Source: Mytilus edulis (Eukaryota). Taken from it: a stretch of DNA of 64,000 bases. Below the pieces are notes generated by a model. It had not been told where the DNA came from. It ran no database searches and saw only the letters and a program-made list of their open reading frames with translations. The position numbers and the translations under genes are program-made. Each line of letters opens with the position of its first letter. Within the stretch, counting starts at the first letter, position 1. The stretch lies in NCBI RefSeq assembly GCF_963676685.1, contig NC_092345.1, positions 22,258,001-22,322,000 of the forward strand, read 5' to 3'. Below are positions 12,435 through 24,747 of the stretch, in pieces.

Positions 12435-15400
12435 ATGCAGAAGAATGATGATTTTGACCAAAGTGTCTATATACCAGAAGCTGAAATACCGTCCGAGGAT
12501 GAGGGAATCATTAGTAGTGCACGCATGACAACAGCTGATGCAATACCTGAAAATGATTTTGACCAACATGTATGTTTATCATCAGCTGAAATACCGTCCG
12601 ACGATGATGAACTCATTAGAAGTGCACGCATGGCACCATCTGGTGCAATACCCGAACGAAATGTATTAATTGACAATGACATAAAAAATCAAGAAGATGA
12701 TGCAACAACAAATACAAAACAGTCATTAAAGGAGAGACTTGTGAAAGATGACATTTTCAGACGTAAATTTATATTATGGATTTTCCTGTGTATGTCTAAC
12801 GGCATTCTGGTGAGTTTTTACTATATGAATTCTTTATTTACAACACTATTAGACTAAAATTGTTAACTTTAATTAACAGTTGAAAATATTGGGAAAATAT
12901 AATATAGTGACCCAAATAATGGTAATTATCTCATTAGAATTTCTAAGGGATGAATTCCAAAAATAAGTCATAAGATTTGTATTTATTGTAGATCTGTAAA
13001 ACTGATTAATATATAGTTCATGTGCCTTGTACATTAAAAGAACAAAATTGGACGAGCAATATCCTCTCCTCAATTTGTATTTATAGGTTGCAGGTGATAA
13101 ATGTATCTTAGAATCTGAAATCAAAAAGAACCTTCACAGAAAATTAAAAGAATGTCTTAAGCTTAAAAAGGAGTAGGTCCGGTAAGGGCTGATTTTGGCC
13201 TCAAATTTCAGGTTCATCTAACGAAAGTTTTTGGACACTTTTTAAACACTTAAGTGTCTATTTCAATTGATTCGATTAGTTAATGTGACAGATTTTAACT
13301 GATTTAATCATTAAAAACGCTCTGATTCAAGCTTAAATATGAAAAATCTATCAAATATCCCCAAAAACGTCACTTTTCAGATGGTTTTTGTCAAAAATGA
13401 AAGTGGCCGCATCCGTGTTCATCCTCAACCTTTATATATGTTTTGTATTATCATCAAATACAACTTACATTTCAATATTATGAATGAACACGAATGCGGC
13501 CACTTTCATTTTAGACGGAAACCGTCTAAAAATGAACAAAAATGCTAAAATTTTGAAGACTTCAGTAATTTAGCATGACTTATTGATGCAAGAACGCGAT
13601 ATTTGTGCATAGTATTGTCAAAAACAGCTCATATTCATGTAGCAGAAGCATTTTACTTTCCAAAATATAGCTTAAAGATTACATTTTCATAATTTTCGAA
13701 AACTGCTATATTTTGGGGCCAAAAAGGGGTCTTACTGAACCTACTCCTTAACTTTGACAGATGAAATTTTAATGTAGTTACTAAACCATGCAAGTAACGA
13801 AACAGTCTATGCAATACAATGTACCGTCTTTTGTGTTAACAGTTTGTCGAATAATTTCCCTACATTTGATAAAGCAAACAAGAAGTCATTAGAGACTGGA
13901 ATGAACTGTATTTTAGGGTTGCCGTCTTTTGTGTTAACAGTTTGTCGAATAATTCCCCTACATTTGATAGAGCAAACAAGAAGTCATTAGAAACTGCAAT
14001 GAACTGTATTTTAGGGTTGGGTTATTGGACAATTAGGTCCTTCGCTGCTGGACCTGAAAGAGATAACTAATTGTAGACTAGAAGAAGCTTCGTTTTTTCT
14101 GACGTCGGTGTTTATTGGCTATCTGATGGGAACAATTGTGAGTGGAGCTATTTACCAGCGGATGAACCCGTTCTTGCTAATTTTCATTGGAATTACCACT
14201 CTCGGTGTCACGTCTGCGGCGATTCCATGGTGCTCTCTTTATGGAATAATGATTTCTATGCATATACTGAAGGGTTTTGGTTTTGGCGTTCTCGATACAG
14301 GTGAGAATTCGAGTTTACTATTATAGAATTATTATATTGTCCCCTTAATTTTATATAGCTAGGAAACTTCTTCAAATGTTACCTATTTTTAAAATTAACA
14401 TCATCTTTTAAAACATTTTAATTGTTTGTGATATACCGTCAAAGCGCTTACTTATAGGTTGTACTGTCAAATCAATCATCCTTAATAAGAACGAGAGTTG
14501 TATGTGTGAGTGTATGTGTGAGTGTATGCGAGTGGGAGAGAAAGGCTTTTTATTTTTACTTTATGTGATTACATGTTTGTTATGAGCCCTATGATTAGGA
14601 ACTAAAATATCTTTATCTTTATAGGGAGAAAGTTATGTTATTCTTCATATAAAAATTCATTTTCCCTAATGACCGTTTCCCATTTTATTCGACGCATGTA
14701 ATATCGTACTTTTTTAAAATATAATTATATGCATTACAACGCCTACAACTCATTTGTTACCGCTTTCTACATAAGGAAATGTCTGTACTAATTCATGGAT
14801 ATAACAGTTGATATCCATTTCAATTTCCATTTCCATTCCATTATGCTTTTGTCATTTGATTAAGGACTTTCTGTTTTGAGTTTCCGACTTTTTGCTATTC
14901 AACTTTTTGTTTGTTTTACTTGCAGCCGGAAATTCTGTGTTCATTTCCAACTTTAAAAACGAAAAGGGAATACAGTCCTATCTACATGCTATACATCTTA
15001 TGTTTGCTGTTGGTGGGTTTTTGTCTCCAATAGCAACAGCGCCGTTTTTAATGCAGGACCTTCCTAGCACAAAAGTGGACGAAAATCTAAATTTATCTGT
15101 CTACCAAAATACTAGTTTGTTAGTAACATCGAGTTTACCCTCTATTGTATTCCTAGAGAACAACACGGGTTTTTCAACATTGCAATATACTTTACAGACG
15201 TCAAAGTTTCCCAACCTGACAGATTATAATGACATACATGATAGAAACAATACTAAAGATACTCAAAGACTCTCAGTACTGTACAAAGCATATCTGATTT
15301 CAGCAGGCTTGTGTTTTATGCTTTCGATACCATTTTTGTTCATGTGTTTTACCAACAATAAAACAAACAAGGAAGAGAAATCGAAACAAATTAACAAAAA

Positions 15401-16043
15401 ATTGAAACTACCTATCCGTGTGAAATTAAGCATTCTTTTTTTAATGTGCCTTTTCTTGGGAATCGATAACGGAATGGAAGATACATTTTTTGGACTATTT
15501 ACGACATTCGTTGTGGTTCAGTTTGGATGGACGAAGAAGAGCGGATCATATATAACTTCACTATATTGGGCATCATTTGCCTGTGGTCGTCTTAGTGCTA
15601 TTTTTATCGGTCGAAGATTGAAGGCTTCAAAATTATTACGTTATTACATAAACGTTTTTCTTTTAGCTATGATCGGACTTTTTGTTTCTACAATGTTTGC
15701 TTTTGATATAGGAATTTGGATATTTTTTCCAGTGATGGGATTTACAGTATCTGTTTTCTTTCCATCAATATTTATATGGACGCAAGATTTTCTTACTGTG
15801 GCGGGAAAAGTGTCATCCGTTTTATTAGTTGCTGCGTCATTAGGATCCATGCTTAACCCGATTTTGATTGGTTATTTAATGGATAATTACAATTCAATGT
15901 GGTTTGCTTATATTACATTAGCGGATGGTATAGTAATGTGGATTATGGTGTGGATAGCTACTTATGTTTCTCATTATGTAAAAACATATCGTGTTGAAGG
16001 ACCTAATGATGAATGTATTGAAATTCAAGAAAATAATTCATAA
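12435..16043 (+). CDS. MFS transporter A, MFSD4/NaGLT1 (FucP/FHS)-like; exons 12435-12809, 14015-14300, 14926-16043; ~592 aa
   Basis: GT-AG junctions join in frame (CTG|gtgagt; ttttag|GGT; ACAG|gtgag; ttgcag|CC). Motifs GPSLLDL, GVLDTAGN, LHAIHLMFAVGGFLSP, YWASFACGR, SVFFP; many hydrophobic helices. Confidence 0.9.
13170..13747. mobile_element. Kolobok-like MITE in intron 1 of transporter A
   Basis: TIRs ggagtaggtccggtaag / cttactgaacctactcc, followed by TTAA. Confidence 0.7.
13824..14019. repeat. 98-bp tandem duplication that includes the exon-2 splice acceptor of transporter A
   Basis: 13824-13921 is nearly identical to 13922-14019; both copies end gaactgtattttagggttg. Confidence 0.9.
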
Positions 16044-17654
16044 TATTAAGTTAGGGTTTAAATCAATGCGACATGTATGCTTGTATTGTCGTGTTCTAGA
16101 AAACTTCATCTAGAACGTTCCGAGCCAATATGTATGGCAGCCAAAGGGGGATAACACATGGAAAAAATAGTAACTATTAAATTCACTGAAACCATCAGAG
16201 GGCAACCCCCGTTTGCCTATGACAGTTCCTAACAATAGTTTTTTTTTAAATATTTTATTTGATTTTTAACGTTTACTTTTGAATTAAAAAAAAGTTTAAA
16301 CAAAAGAAATAGAAATAAGTTGCTCACATATGTTAAAAGCACATTTTTTTTTATGTATAGCTGCATTGTATCTAGCAATATTACTACTCTGATAAGTCGT
16401 AGCGAAGAATTGAATTTTATTTCGTTCTTTACATATGGGATTATTTTTTTATGCATTTTTTTAAAAATACGAAACAATTGATGTGGCGTTGTTTTACATC
16501 GAAGGGGTTGCCATTAATAAATTAATGTTTCTTCTTTTCTGTGAATTCGATCTAAAGATTATTTGAAATGTGTAATGTGTAAACATAATAATGTCTTGAT
16601 AAAAAATTGGGTTATTTTCATATATTTTATTTGCAGGAAATTCAAAAAGCCTAGTTACGGCATCCCCCTCCCCGGTTCTGAATGTAGTCGAAGAAAATGA
16701 CTTCCAAGTTTTGTAAAGAAATGCTTGCTCTGATCCTACGATTTTACAGTATAAAATGAAAATAAAGGGGCATGATACATGTATATACTAATGTTATTGT
16801 AAAATGGTGTGGATTACATCAAAAACGCAAGGAATAAATGGAAATCTGTTAAAAAACAAAAAGTATTTACTAAAAATCATTCAAAAACAACAATAATATA
16901 TGGAAAAAGGTGTTCCAAACGTCAAACAACGGCCGCTTTATTAATTTTATATTGCTATTTCTAAATCTATATTATTAGTACAATTTCATTATTTTTTAAA
17001 TAGGGAACATTATTGTCGTGTAAGTGCGCCATTAAACATTTATTAGCAATTGATTTAGATATTTATACACATGTCATTACGCAATGTAAATTGACCGAGA
17101 GGAATTTCAACCTGCATGTACATGTAAATAAACTAATGACCCGAATAAACGTGTACACTGTATGTGTACAACATGTATTGTTAAGTACAAGAGAAATCAA
17201 AATGTAAGTATTTAATATAATTTTTAATGATTAATCGACGTATGTGGGATAAACATCCAGTGGCAAATATTTCAGAATGATATTAAGGAGGAGAACACAT
17301 TTTATGTCACTTACTACAACTGTTGACAATGCTGCTAAAATTTTGTATCTTGTTTTTGAACTTTTTGAAAAGAATATTTTTTATTTTTTTTAATAACTGT
17401 ATGTTTTAATTGTTGTTCGAAAATCTCGTTTCTATAAATCAAACGTAGCAAGCTTATTTTAAATGTTCTGAAGTTCTTTCTTCAGTGAGAGATATGTAAT
17501 GAACTGACAATATCCGCCAAAGTTTTAAATATAACGATGTATTCCATCCTAATATCATTGAATTGTTATCTCCTGCATATGACTTGTGTCTTAATCTACC
17601 ATGGGGTTCTAAGGCACAACATTAGGGCTTTGACTTTGACTTTGACCTACACAG

Positions 17655-18055
17655 CTACTTTTGCATATGTACTATTTCTGTACTTGTATTGTGTAGTACT
17701 GGAAATTTACTTTTAATATTTTGTACTATTTCTTTACTTTAAAAATTATTGTAATATTTAGGTGCCTGTATTTTATAGTACTTGATTTGTACCTAAAATT
17801 TTGGTACAGAAATAATATCAAAAATATTCCATGTTTGGAAATTATAACTTTAAGAGATTTGAAATAGACAAACGGTCAAAATGCAGAAAATGTAACGGTG
17901 TAACTAAAAACCTGTCGTACGTAAATTTCAAGTACAAATCAAGTACTGTAAAATGCAGGTACCAAAATATTACAATTATTTTAACGTAACATCATAGAAC
18001 TGAATATTAAAAATACTACATATTTTTGCTACAGAAATAGTACCTATGCAAAACT
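17655..18055. mobile_element. Foldback/MITE-like long inverted repeat
   Basis: ttttgcatatgtactatttctgta...tagtacttgatttgtac is mirrored by gtacaaatcaagtact...acagaaatagtacctatgcaaaa. Confidence 0.65.
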
Positions 18056-18348
18056 CTGCAACTGTTTGTAATGCATCCCGCTATCGCCAGTTTCTCGGTT
18101 TTATAGTTATGAGAAATGCCGCTTTGTAATTGAACATAGGGATACGGAGTTTTAAAATGTTGAATCAAAAAAATTTCGTAGACTATAAGACAATATGTCA
18201 TGAATCGAATTTGTAAGGTTCAATTAATGGAGTTGAATGCTAGAAACTTAGGGCCGATATATATACATATCAAACCAGAATACTAGACACATTAGAACTG
18301 TTTTACCTGCGTTGCCGAAGGCGGAAGTAGATTACGCATCTACTCGAC

Positions 18349-18383
<35 letters not shown>

Positions 18384-19297
18384 GACTTTTCGTCCGTCCG
18401 TCCGTTAGAAAACTTTTGTCAAAATTTTCTCGACGTCTATGAAAGGGAATGATTTAGTGTTCAACTTAATGCATCTGCCGACCATATAATTATCCTTTTT
18501 CTGTTTGCCGATAGTTTGAAATTTTATAACACTTATTATACAAGGAGATTGTTCATCAATGTTTTCTTGGCACTTATGATACGGGAAAGTTAAATATTAT
18601 TAATTCAGATTGTCATCAGGAATTTTATATACATGTTAATTATTTAAATATAAGTGTTGTCTGCGGTTGTAAATGAATGTTCTAAGTATCGAGCTGTTTT
18701 TCGAGGATATTCTGACAATAATAACTTTTCTCTGTTATTTAAACTAAATACGGTTTCACTAAGTCCAAAGAATAATTGATTGCGTAGTCCATTGTAAAAT
18801 TGGCATTCAATCAGAAAGTGTAGTTCATTTTCAACATGTCTGGAGTCGCACATTCTACATATCCGTTGATATTCCGGCTCACCAGCAAAACGTCCTGTTT
18901 CTAATCTTAGCGGAAGAATGCCACATCTAAACTGGACCAGTACTGATCTTTCTCTACGTTCTAAATTTTGTTTAACGTATGTTTCTGTTGAATATGTAGA
19001 TTTAAAAGTTATGGAAAAGTTCGGAAAGTTAGATAAGCTTGTATGCCATTTTGTTGCACATATATCCATAAGATTGTTTCTGACGCTATTGACATAACAT
19101 TTTAGCATTTGTTGAAAGTTATCATCCATACCAACTAAAGACATTATTGTTCTTACACTAGATGACCAATTTCTTGTAGATAGTTCGTAGTCCCATAGGA
19201 ACACCCTTTTACAAAGTCTACTATTTTCCATATCCATCAATCGGTTCCAATATCTAACCATATTACACCAGCGACGTTCTTTTGAAGGTAACCATCC

Positions 19298-19737
19298 CAA
19301 GGGGTACAATCAAAATCACGTGATGGATATACACACACCGGAAGTAACAGTCGAGCAGACCGCTTGAAAGGTAAGTAGTCGTATTTACTTGTTTATATCA
19401 ATAAAATTTAATAAATAAGATAGTGCACCGAATGTAGGATACTACCTAGTTTTGAAATACACAATTATCCTTGCTGGAAAGCGTGCAGTTAATGCGAACA
19501 CTTCGACACAGTTCCAAAATTTCACCGTCGAAGTGTTTGCAATAACTGCACGCTTTCTAGCAAAAACAATTGTGTATTTTAAAACTACATACTATCCGAC
19601 ATTCGGTGTGCCAACTTATTAGTCAAAATTTAATTGATATAAACAAGAAAATGCAACTACTAACCTTTCAAGCGGCGAGTTCGACTGTAACTTCCGGTGT
19701 GTGTATATCCGTCACGTGATTTTGATTGTACCCCTTG
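19298..19737. mobile_element. Palindromic MITE inserted in the LINE, 5-bp TSD catcc
   Basis: TIR caaggggtacaatcaaaatcacgtga. Removing the element restores the LINE peptide GDVGWLPSKERR. Confidence 0.9.
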
Positions 19738-21076
19738 CATCCAACATCTCCATTGATAGCCAGCTTTGGAGCAAACTTGTGAACTCCCAAAAAGAATCTT
19801 ATGGCCCCATACTGAAGAACAGTTGTCGAGTATAGGTACAATACAAGAGACATACAGTTTTTCATAAGTCTTTATACCGAATTTTTTTAAACTGTGTATC
19901 TTCGATATAATAGCTCTTCCACCAGCTGCAGAAAGATTTTCAGCATTCGATGTATAATCTTTTTTCTCGTTGAAAATAACTCCAAGATACTTATATTTGT
20001 CTGTTATTTGCAAAATGTTCCCTCCGATTCTAAACTGAAATTCACTCCTTTTTTTTGCGAGATGCTCTGAAGTGTACAACTTTTGATTTGTCTGTATTAA
20101 TTAAGACTCTCCATTTTTTTTACACCAATCATGTAATTTATCTAGCATCTTTTGCATGTCACATTCATTCTCGGCCATCAAAACAATATCGTCCGCATAT
20201 AGAAGTAAAGACAATTTCGATTCTCCAATATTAATACCAAGTCCAAGTTGGTTGATTTTATCTACAAGATCATCAATAAAAACAGAAAATTATGTCGGAG
20301 ATAAATTATCACCTTGTTTTACATTAGAGTTACATAAAAACTAACCGGACATTTTATTGTTTAATCGAATACTTGCGGTTGTTTGAACATATAAACTTTT
20401 AATAGAGTTATATATTTTCCCATCAATAGTATTAAGCAACGGTTTGTACAGAAACATATCACGATCTACGAAATCAAAAGCCTTTTTTAGATCAATAAAT
20501 GTGGCAGTAACATTAGGATTTATAGATTATCGTTGTTCATCTCAACGAGATTGATTTTCTCGCGTGAGCCGGGACGGCGAGTAGAGATGATCAATGATAA
20601 TCTATTTATCGCTATTTTACCTGTGACGAGTCGTCAATTTCATGGCAATTTCGTTAGCAACGCCAAGTGCCTGCTTAGTTTCTAGCGATAATTTTCCATC
20701 TCAAGCGAGTACCTTGATATGAAAATTAACACAAAAAAAAGATCAAAGGAAAAATGCACAAAATAGCGATAATGTTTTTTTATTATGCTGGTAAGGGTGA
20801 ATATATGATCCTCACACGAACGATTTTTACGAAAGTCGTTTTGATCCTGAGAAAGTAAATCATTATCCTCCAGATATGAAGACACTCTATTGTTTATAAA
20901 TCCACTGTACAGCTTCGAAACACACGACAAGAAACTGATTCCTCAATAGTGTAGTGGAATGCGTTTATCTGGTGATTTATCTTTAAGTATCGGACAGATA
21001 ATAGCCTGGTCCAATAATGATGGTACAATGCTCGTGTCGAACACTGGTTGAAACATAGAATATAGGATAGGACGGC

Positions 21077-21303
21077 GATAACCATGCCAAGAAATCCAAG
21101 CTAAAAATTCCGGTCGACCCCCTACGGCAGTCATTAGTAGCTAAAGATTTGATTTCATTCAAGAAATTAATGTATGACCTTCATGTACGTGTCGCTTAGA
21201 ACACGGCCATATACCAAATGGTCAAAATTAATCATCCATGTAATTTGCTCTATGGGGTGTTTGCAGAATTTCAACGGAGGCAATTTCTTGGCATGGTTTT
21301 CTG
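21077..21303. mobile_element. Small MITE inserted in the LINE
   Basis: TIRs aaccatgccaagaaat / atttcttggcatggtt. The internal catgtacgtgtcgcttaga segment also occurs at ~5240. Confidence 0.65.
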
Positions 21304-22793
21304 TCTTCAATACTTCATAAGGGATATTATCAATTCCACACGATTTACCGTTTTTTGTTCTTGAGACAAGTCGCCTTATTTTATCTATAGTTATAGCTGA
21401 ATTCAACTCTTCATTTTCAATAAACAAAGGATCGAACATTCTTTCTTCTAATAAGACTTTATGACTAGAGGCGTATTTTTTAAAATTACCATCGAAATCG
21501 TCCGCTGAATTATCCATATTATATATATTTTGAAAATCAGTTTTCCATTTTTCTAAAACAACCTTTTCATCAGTATAGACTGTGAATTAACAAATTGTTT
21601 TTAATCAGCTTTTAAATTTTGATCAATCATGTATTCACTGAGTGTACGAGGACCCTTTATAAATTTTTATTTCTGACACCGTACAATTGTAACATTTAGG
21701 TTCTTGACGTAAATGATATTGCTTTAGTATTTATATAATTTGTCTGGTTGGGGGATAAATCGACAAATTTGGGAATACAATTAAGAGAAACGAAATGTTC
21801 AGTTTTAATATCTAGTGACCATATAAATATACACCTGAAGTATATGAACCCTTGGTGATTTGAAAGAAAAGTTTGCCATTAAAAAAACCCAAATACTTTC
21901 TAACAAATTGAATATTGATATAGTGTGTCTAAAGGAAGAAGATGTTGTTGATTATGTATGTTCAGCTTCTAACCCGTGTTACCTTTCAACTTTTACTCTT
22001 TATACAAAAGTCTCATTTGTTTACGATGTAATTAACAAAAACTTCCCCGACTTATATAACATTACTGACACTAACAAGTTTCAAACATAATGTTATAGAT
22101 TTAAGGCCGTTGAGATGTCATAGAGTTTGAGACCTCAAAGGGGGTATTACAAACATGAAGATATCTTCGATTTGATGGTCTCAAGTGTCTGGGCCAACAC
22201 TTTGGTCCAATTTGATAGAAAAGAGGGACGAAAGATACCAAAGGGACAGTCAAACTCATAAATCTAAAACAAACTGACAACGCCATGGCTAAAAATGAAA
22301 AAAAGACAAACAGAAAAACAATAGTACACATGACACAACATAGAAAACTAAAGAATAAACAACACGAACCCCAACAGTGTAGCAATATTCCAGTGGTAAT
22401 TGCATATATTTTTTTTTGTATGGAGAATGTATCTTTCAATATTATTACGATATTTTAGGGCTTGCGTTTCCTATGATAATTTCCTAGATAGAGAATTATC
22501 GCTTTCAAGGAATCTATTCAACCTCGAGGCTCTAATGGAAAAGTTGAAATCCCTCCGAAGGTTTTGTGGATAATCATGATTTGGATGGCTATAATGGGAT
22601 GTACATGTAATCCTGAAGAGGCTCCATAGCTTGTAGATACAACCTCGTTCTCTTTTCGGTTGTGATATCACAAGACCGATGTTAGTAACCGTCTGAACTC
22701 TATTTCTCTTATTTTTTTCTGTTCTTTTATCATGGCAAAATAATATATAGGGAAGTTGTCTCACTGCCTCAATAGAAGTTACGACGCCGCACT

Positions 22794-23577
22794 TACGGGG
22801 CGCCGAATGGGACTCTTGTAGTTTTGTACTCAAAATTCAATTTTGTACGGACAAAAGTGACTTTTGTTCAACAAAAATAAGTTCAGTTTAACAAAATTTG
22901 TATCATACTACAAATTTAAAATTTTGTCATACAAAATTATCTATCAGCGAACAAAATCACTTTTGTCATGACAAAATTCATTTTTGTTACACAGACTTGA
23001 ATTTTGTTACCTAATTTGAAAATTGGGCGACAAAAGTCAATTTTGTATTCAAATTAGTTTAGTTTGGTTTCTGTGAACTAATTTGCATACAAAATCGACT
23101 TTTGTTACACAAAATTGACAAAAATGAATTTTGTCTCAACAAAATTGGCAAAATTGAATTTTTTCTCACAAAATTGAATTTTGTCTCACAAAAATCAATT
23201 TTGTCTCACAAAAGTTAATTTTGTCTCACAAAAGTAAATTTTGTCTCACAAAGTTGAATCTTACCTCACACAATTGACTTGTGTGATTTAATTTCCATAT
23301 CAGGTAACAAAAGTCAATTTTGTATGCAAATATGTTTATATTTGCATACCTTTTAGACAAAATTGACTTTTGTCATGACAAATATGAATTTTGTCTACAA
23401 AAATGAATTTTGTCATGACAAAAATTAATTTTGTCTACACAAATGAATTTTGTCATCACAAAATTGAAGTTCTCACAAAACAAGTCTGTAGCACATAGTT
23501 TTGTAAGACAAAATTTTTTTGTTATGACAGAATTGAATTTTGTACAAAACCACAAGAGTCCCATTCGGCGCCCCGTA
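22794..23577. mobile_element. TIR element with internal ~20-bp repeats, 5-bp TSD gcact
   Basis: TIR tacggggcgccgaatgggactcttgt at both ends; internal arrays of aaaattgaattttgtctcac. Confidence 0.9.
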
Positions 23578-24539
23578 GCACTGTCTAATACATTAACTTA
23601 TAGTTGTGGAACAGGATCTGCTTACCTTTCCAAAGCACAGGAGGTTTTTGGTGGGGTTTGTGCTGCTCGGTCTTTGATTTTGTTATGTTTTATTATGTGT
23701 ATAGAGTTGTTTTTTGTTTTGTATTTGGCCTGGCATAGTCAGTTTCTAGAGTAATGTGTTTGAGTGTCCGTTTGGTACCTTTCGCTTCTCAGGCTTTTCG
23801 TGTAGTATGAATGTAGTATTGGAAGGTGAAAAAAGGAAGAGATTTACCATTGAAAGTAGCGAATTAGTAATAAAAATGAAAATTTACCGATAAACAAAAT
23901 ATGCAACCAGGGAATTAAAATGATTATTAGCAAAAATATTTGTTGAACCAAATGGTACACCATACATTGTCGTCACTGAATACTTACGATACTTCCTTTG
24001 GTGACAGCAATACGCTTCCGTAGTTGTTAAGTCCTATCAATAAGTTAGTTTATATACATGTTCTATAAATAAATAAATCATTGATTTAAAGTGTGTTTAC
24101 CGTCATTTTTCCTTTTTCACAGTATATAAAATGCCATGACGATTGGGAAATACGTCAGGACATTTCAGGTAAGAAAAAATGCTGCAAGTTAATACATTAA
24201 TTTTGTAGTAATTTCCATGAAGCATGGAAAACATACACGCTCAGAAAACGGATAAACTATATGTCATTTTAACCAAAGATTAATGTAAATCAAATAAATC
24301 AATACACGCTCATAAGACGGATTGAAAAGAAAAGTTTTAAGTAAATCAATACACGTGTTATTTCACAGACGATATTAGATAATATTAAAAATTATTGTAT
24401 GGCGCGCCTAGTTCACAAGTAGATAAAAAATTCACACGTCATTTGTCAAGTACAGTTGTATACTAGTACTTTAATCTGAAATAAACGAATATAACTTCAC
24501 TTACATGATATACAGTTCACAGTCAGTATGCTTTATAAA

Positions 24540-24657
24540 TGAAAAGTGATAGATAAATGTGAGCCAATTCCGTTTGTATGAAAAGTGAAAGATAAATGTT
24601 AGCCAATTACGTTTGTATGAAAAGTGAAAGATAAATGTGAGCCAATTACGTTTGTAT
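24540..24657. repeat. 3 x 39-bp tandem repeat upstream of the transporter B start
   Basis: Unit tgaaaagtgaaagataaatgtgagccaattacgtttgta. Confidence 0.9.
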
Positions 24658-24747
24658 CCTCATAATTATATATATATATACATTATATTTTAAAGGATTG
24701 CATAATAACTCATCGAGGTGTTGAGCATCCAAAACAGAGACATAGAC

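Larger units (their letters stand above)
18640..21580 (-). mobile_element. Decayed non-LTR retrotransposon (CR1/L2-group-like ORF2) with nested MITEs
   Basis: Collinear RT fragments: KSCGIDNIPYEVLK, QNDFRKNRSCEDHIFTL, QGDNLSPT*, YADD (~20188-20199), YKYLGV, and C-terminal CRMC...ENELHFLIEC. Multiple stops and frameshifts. Confidence 0.9.
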
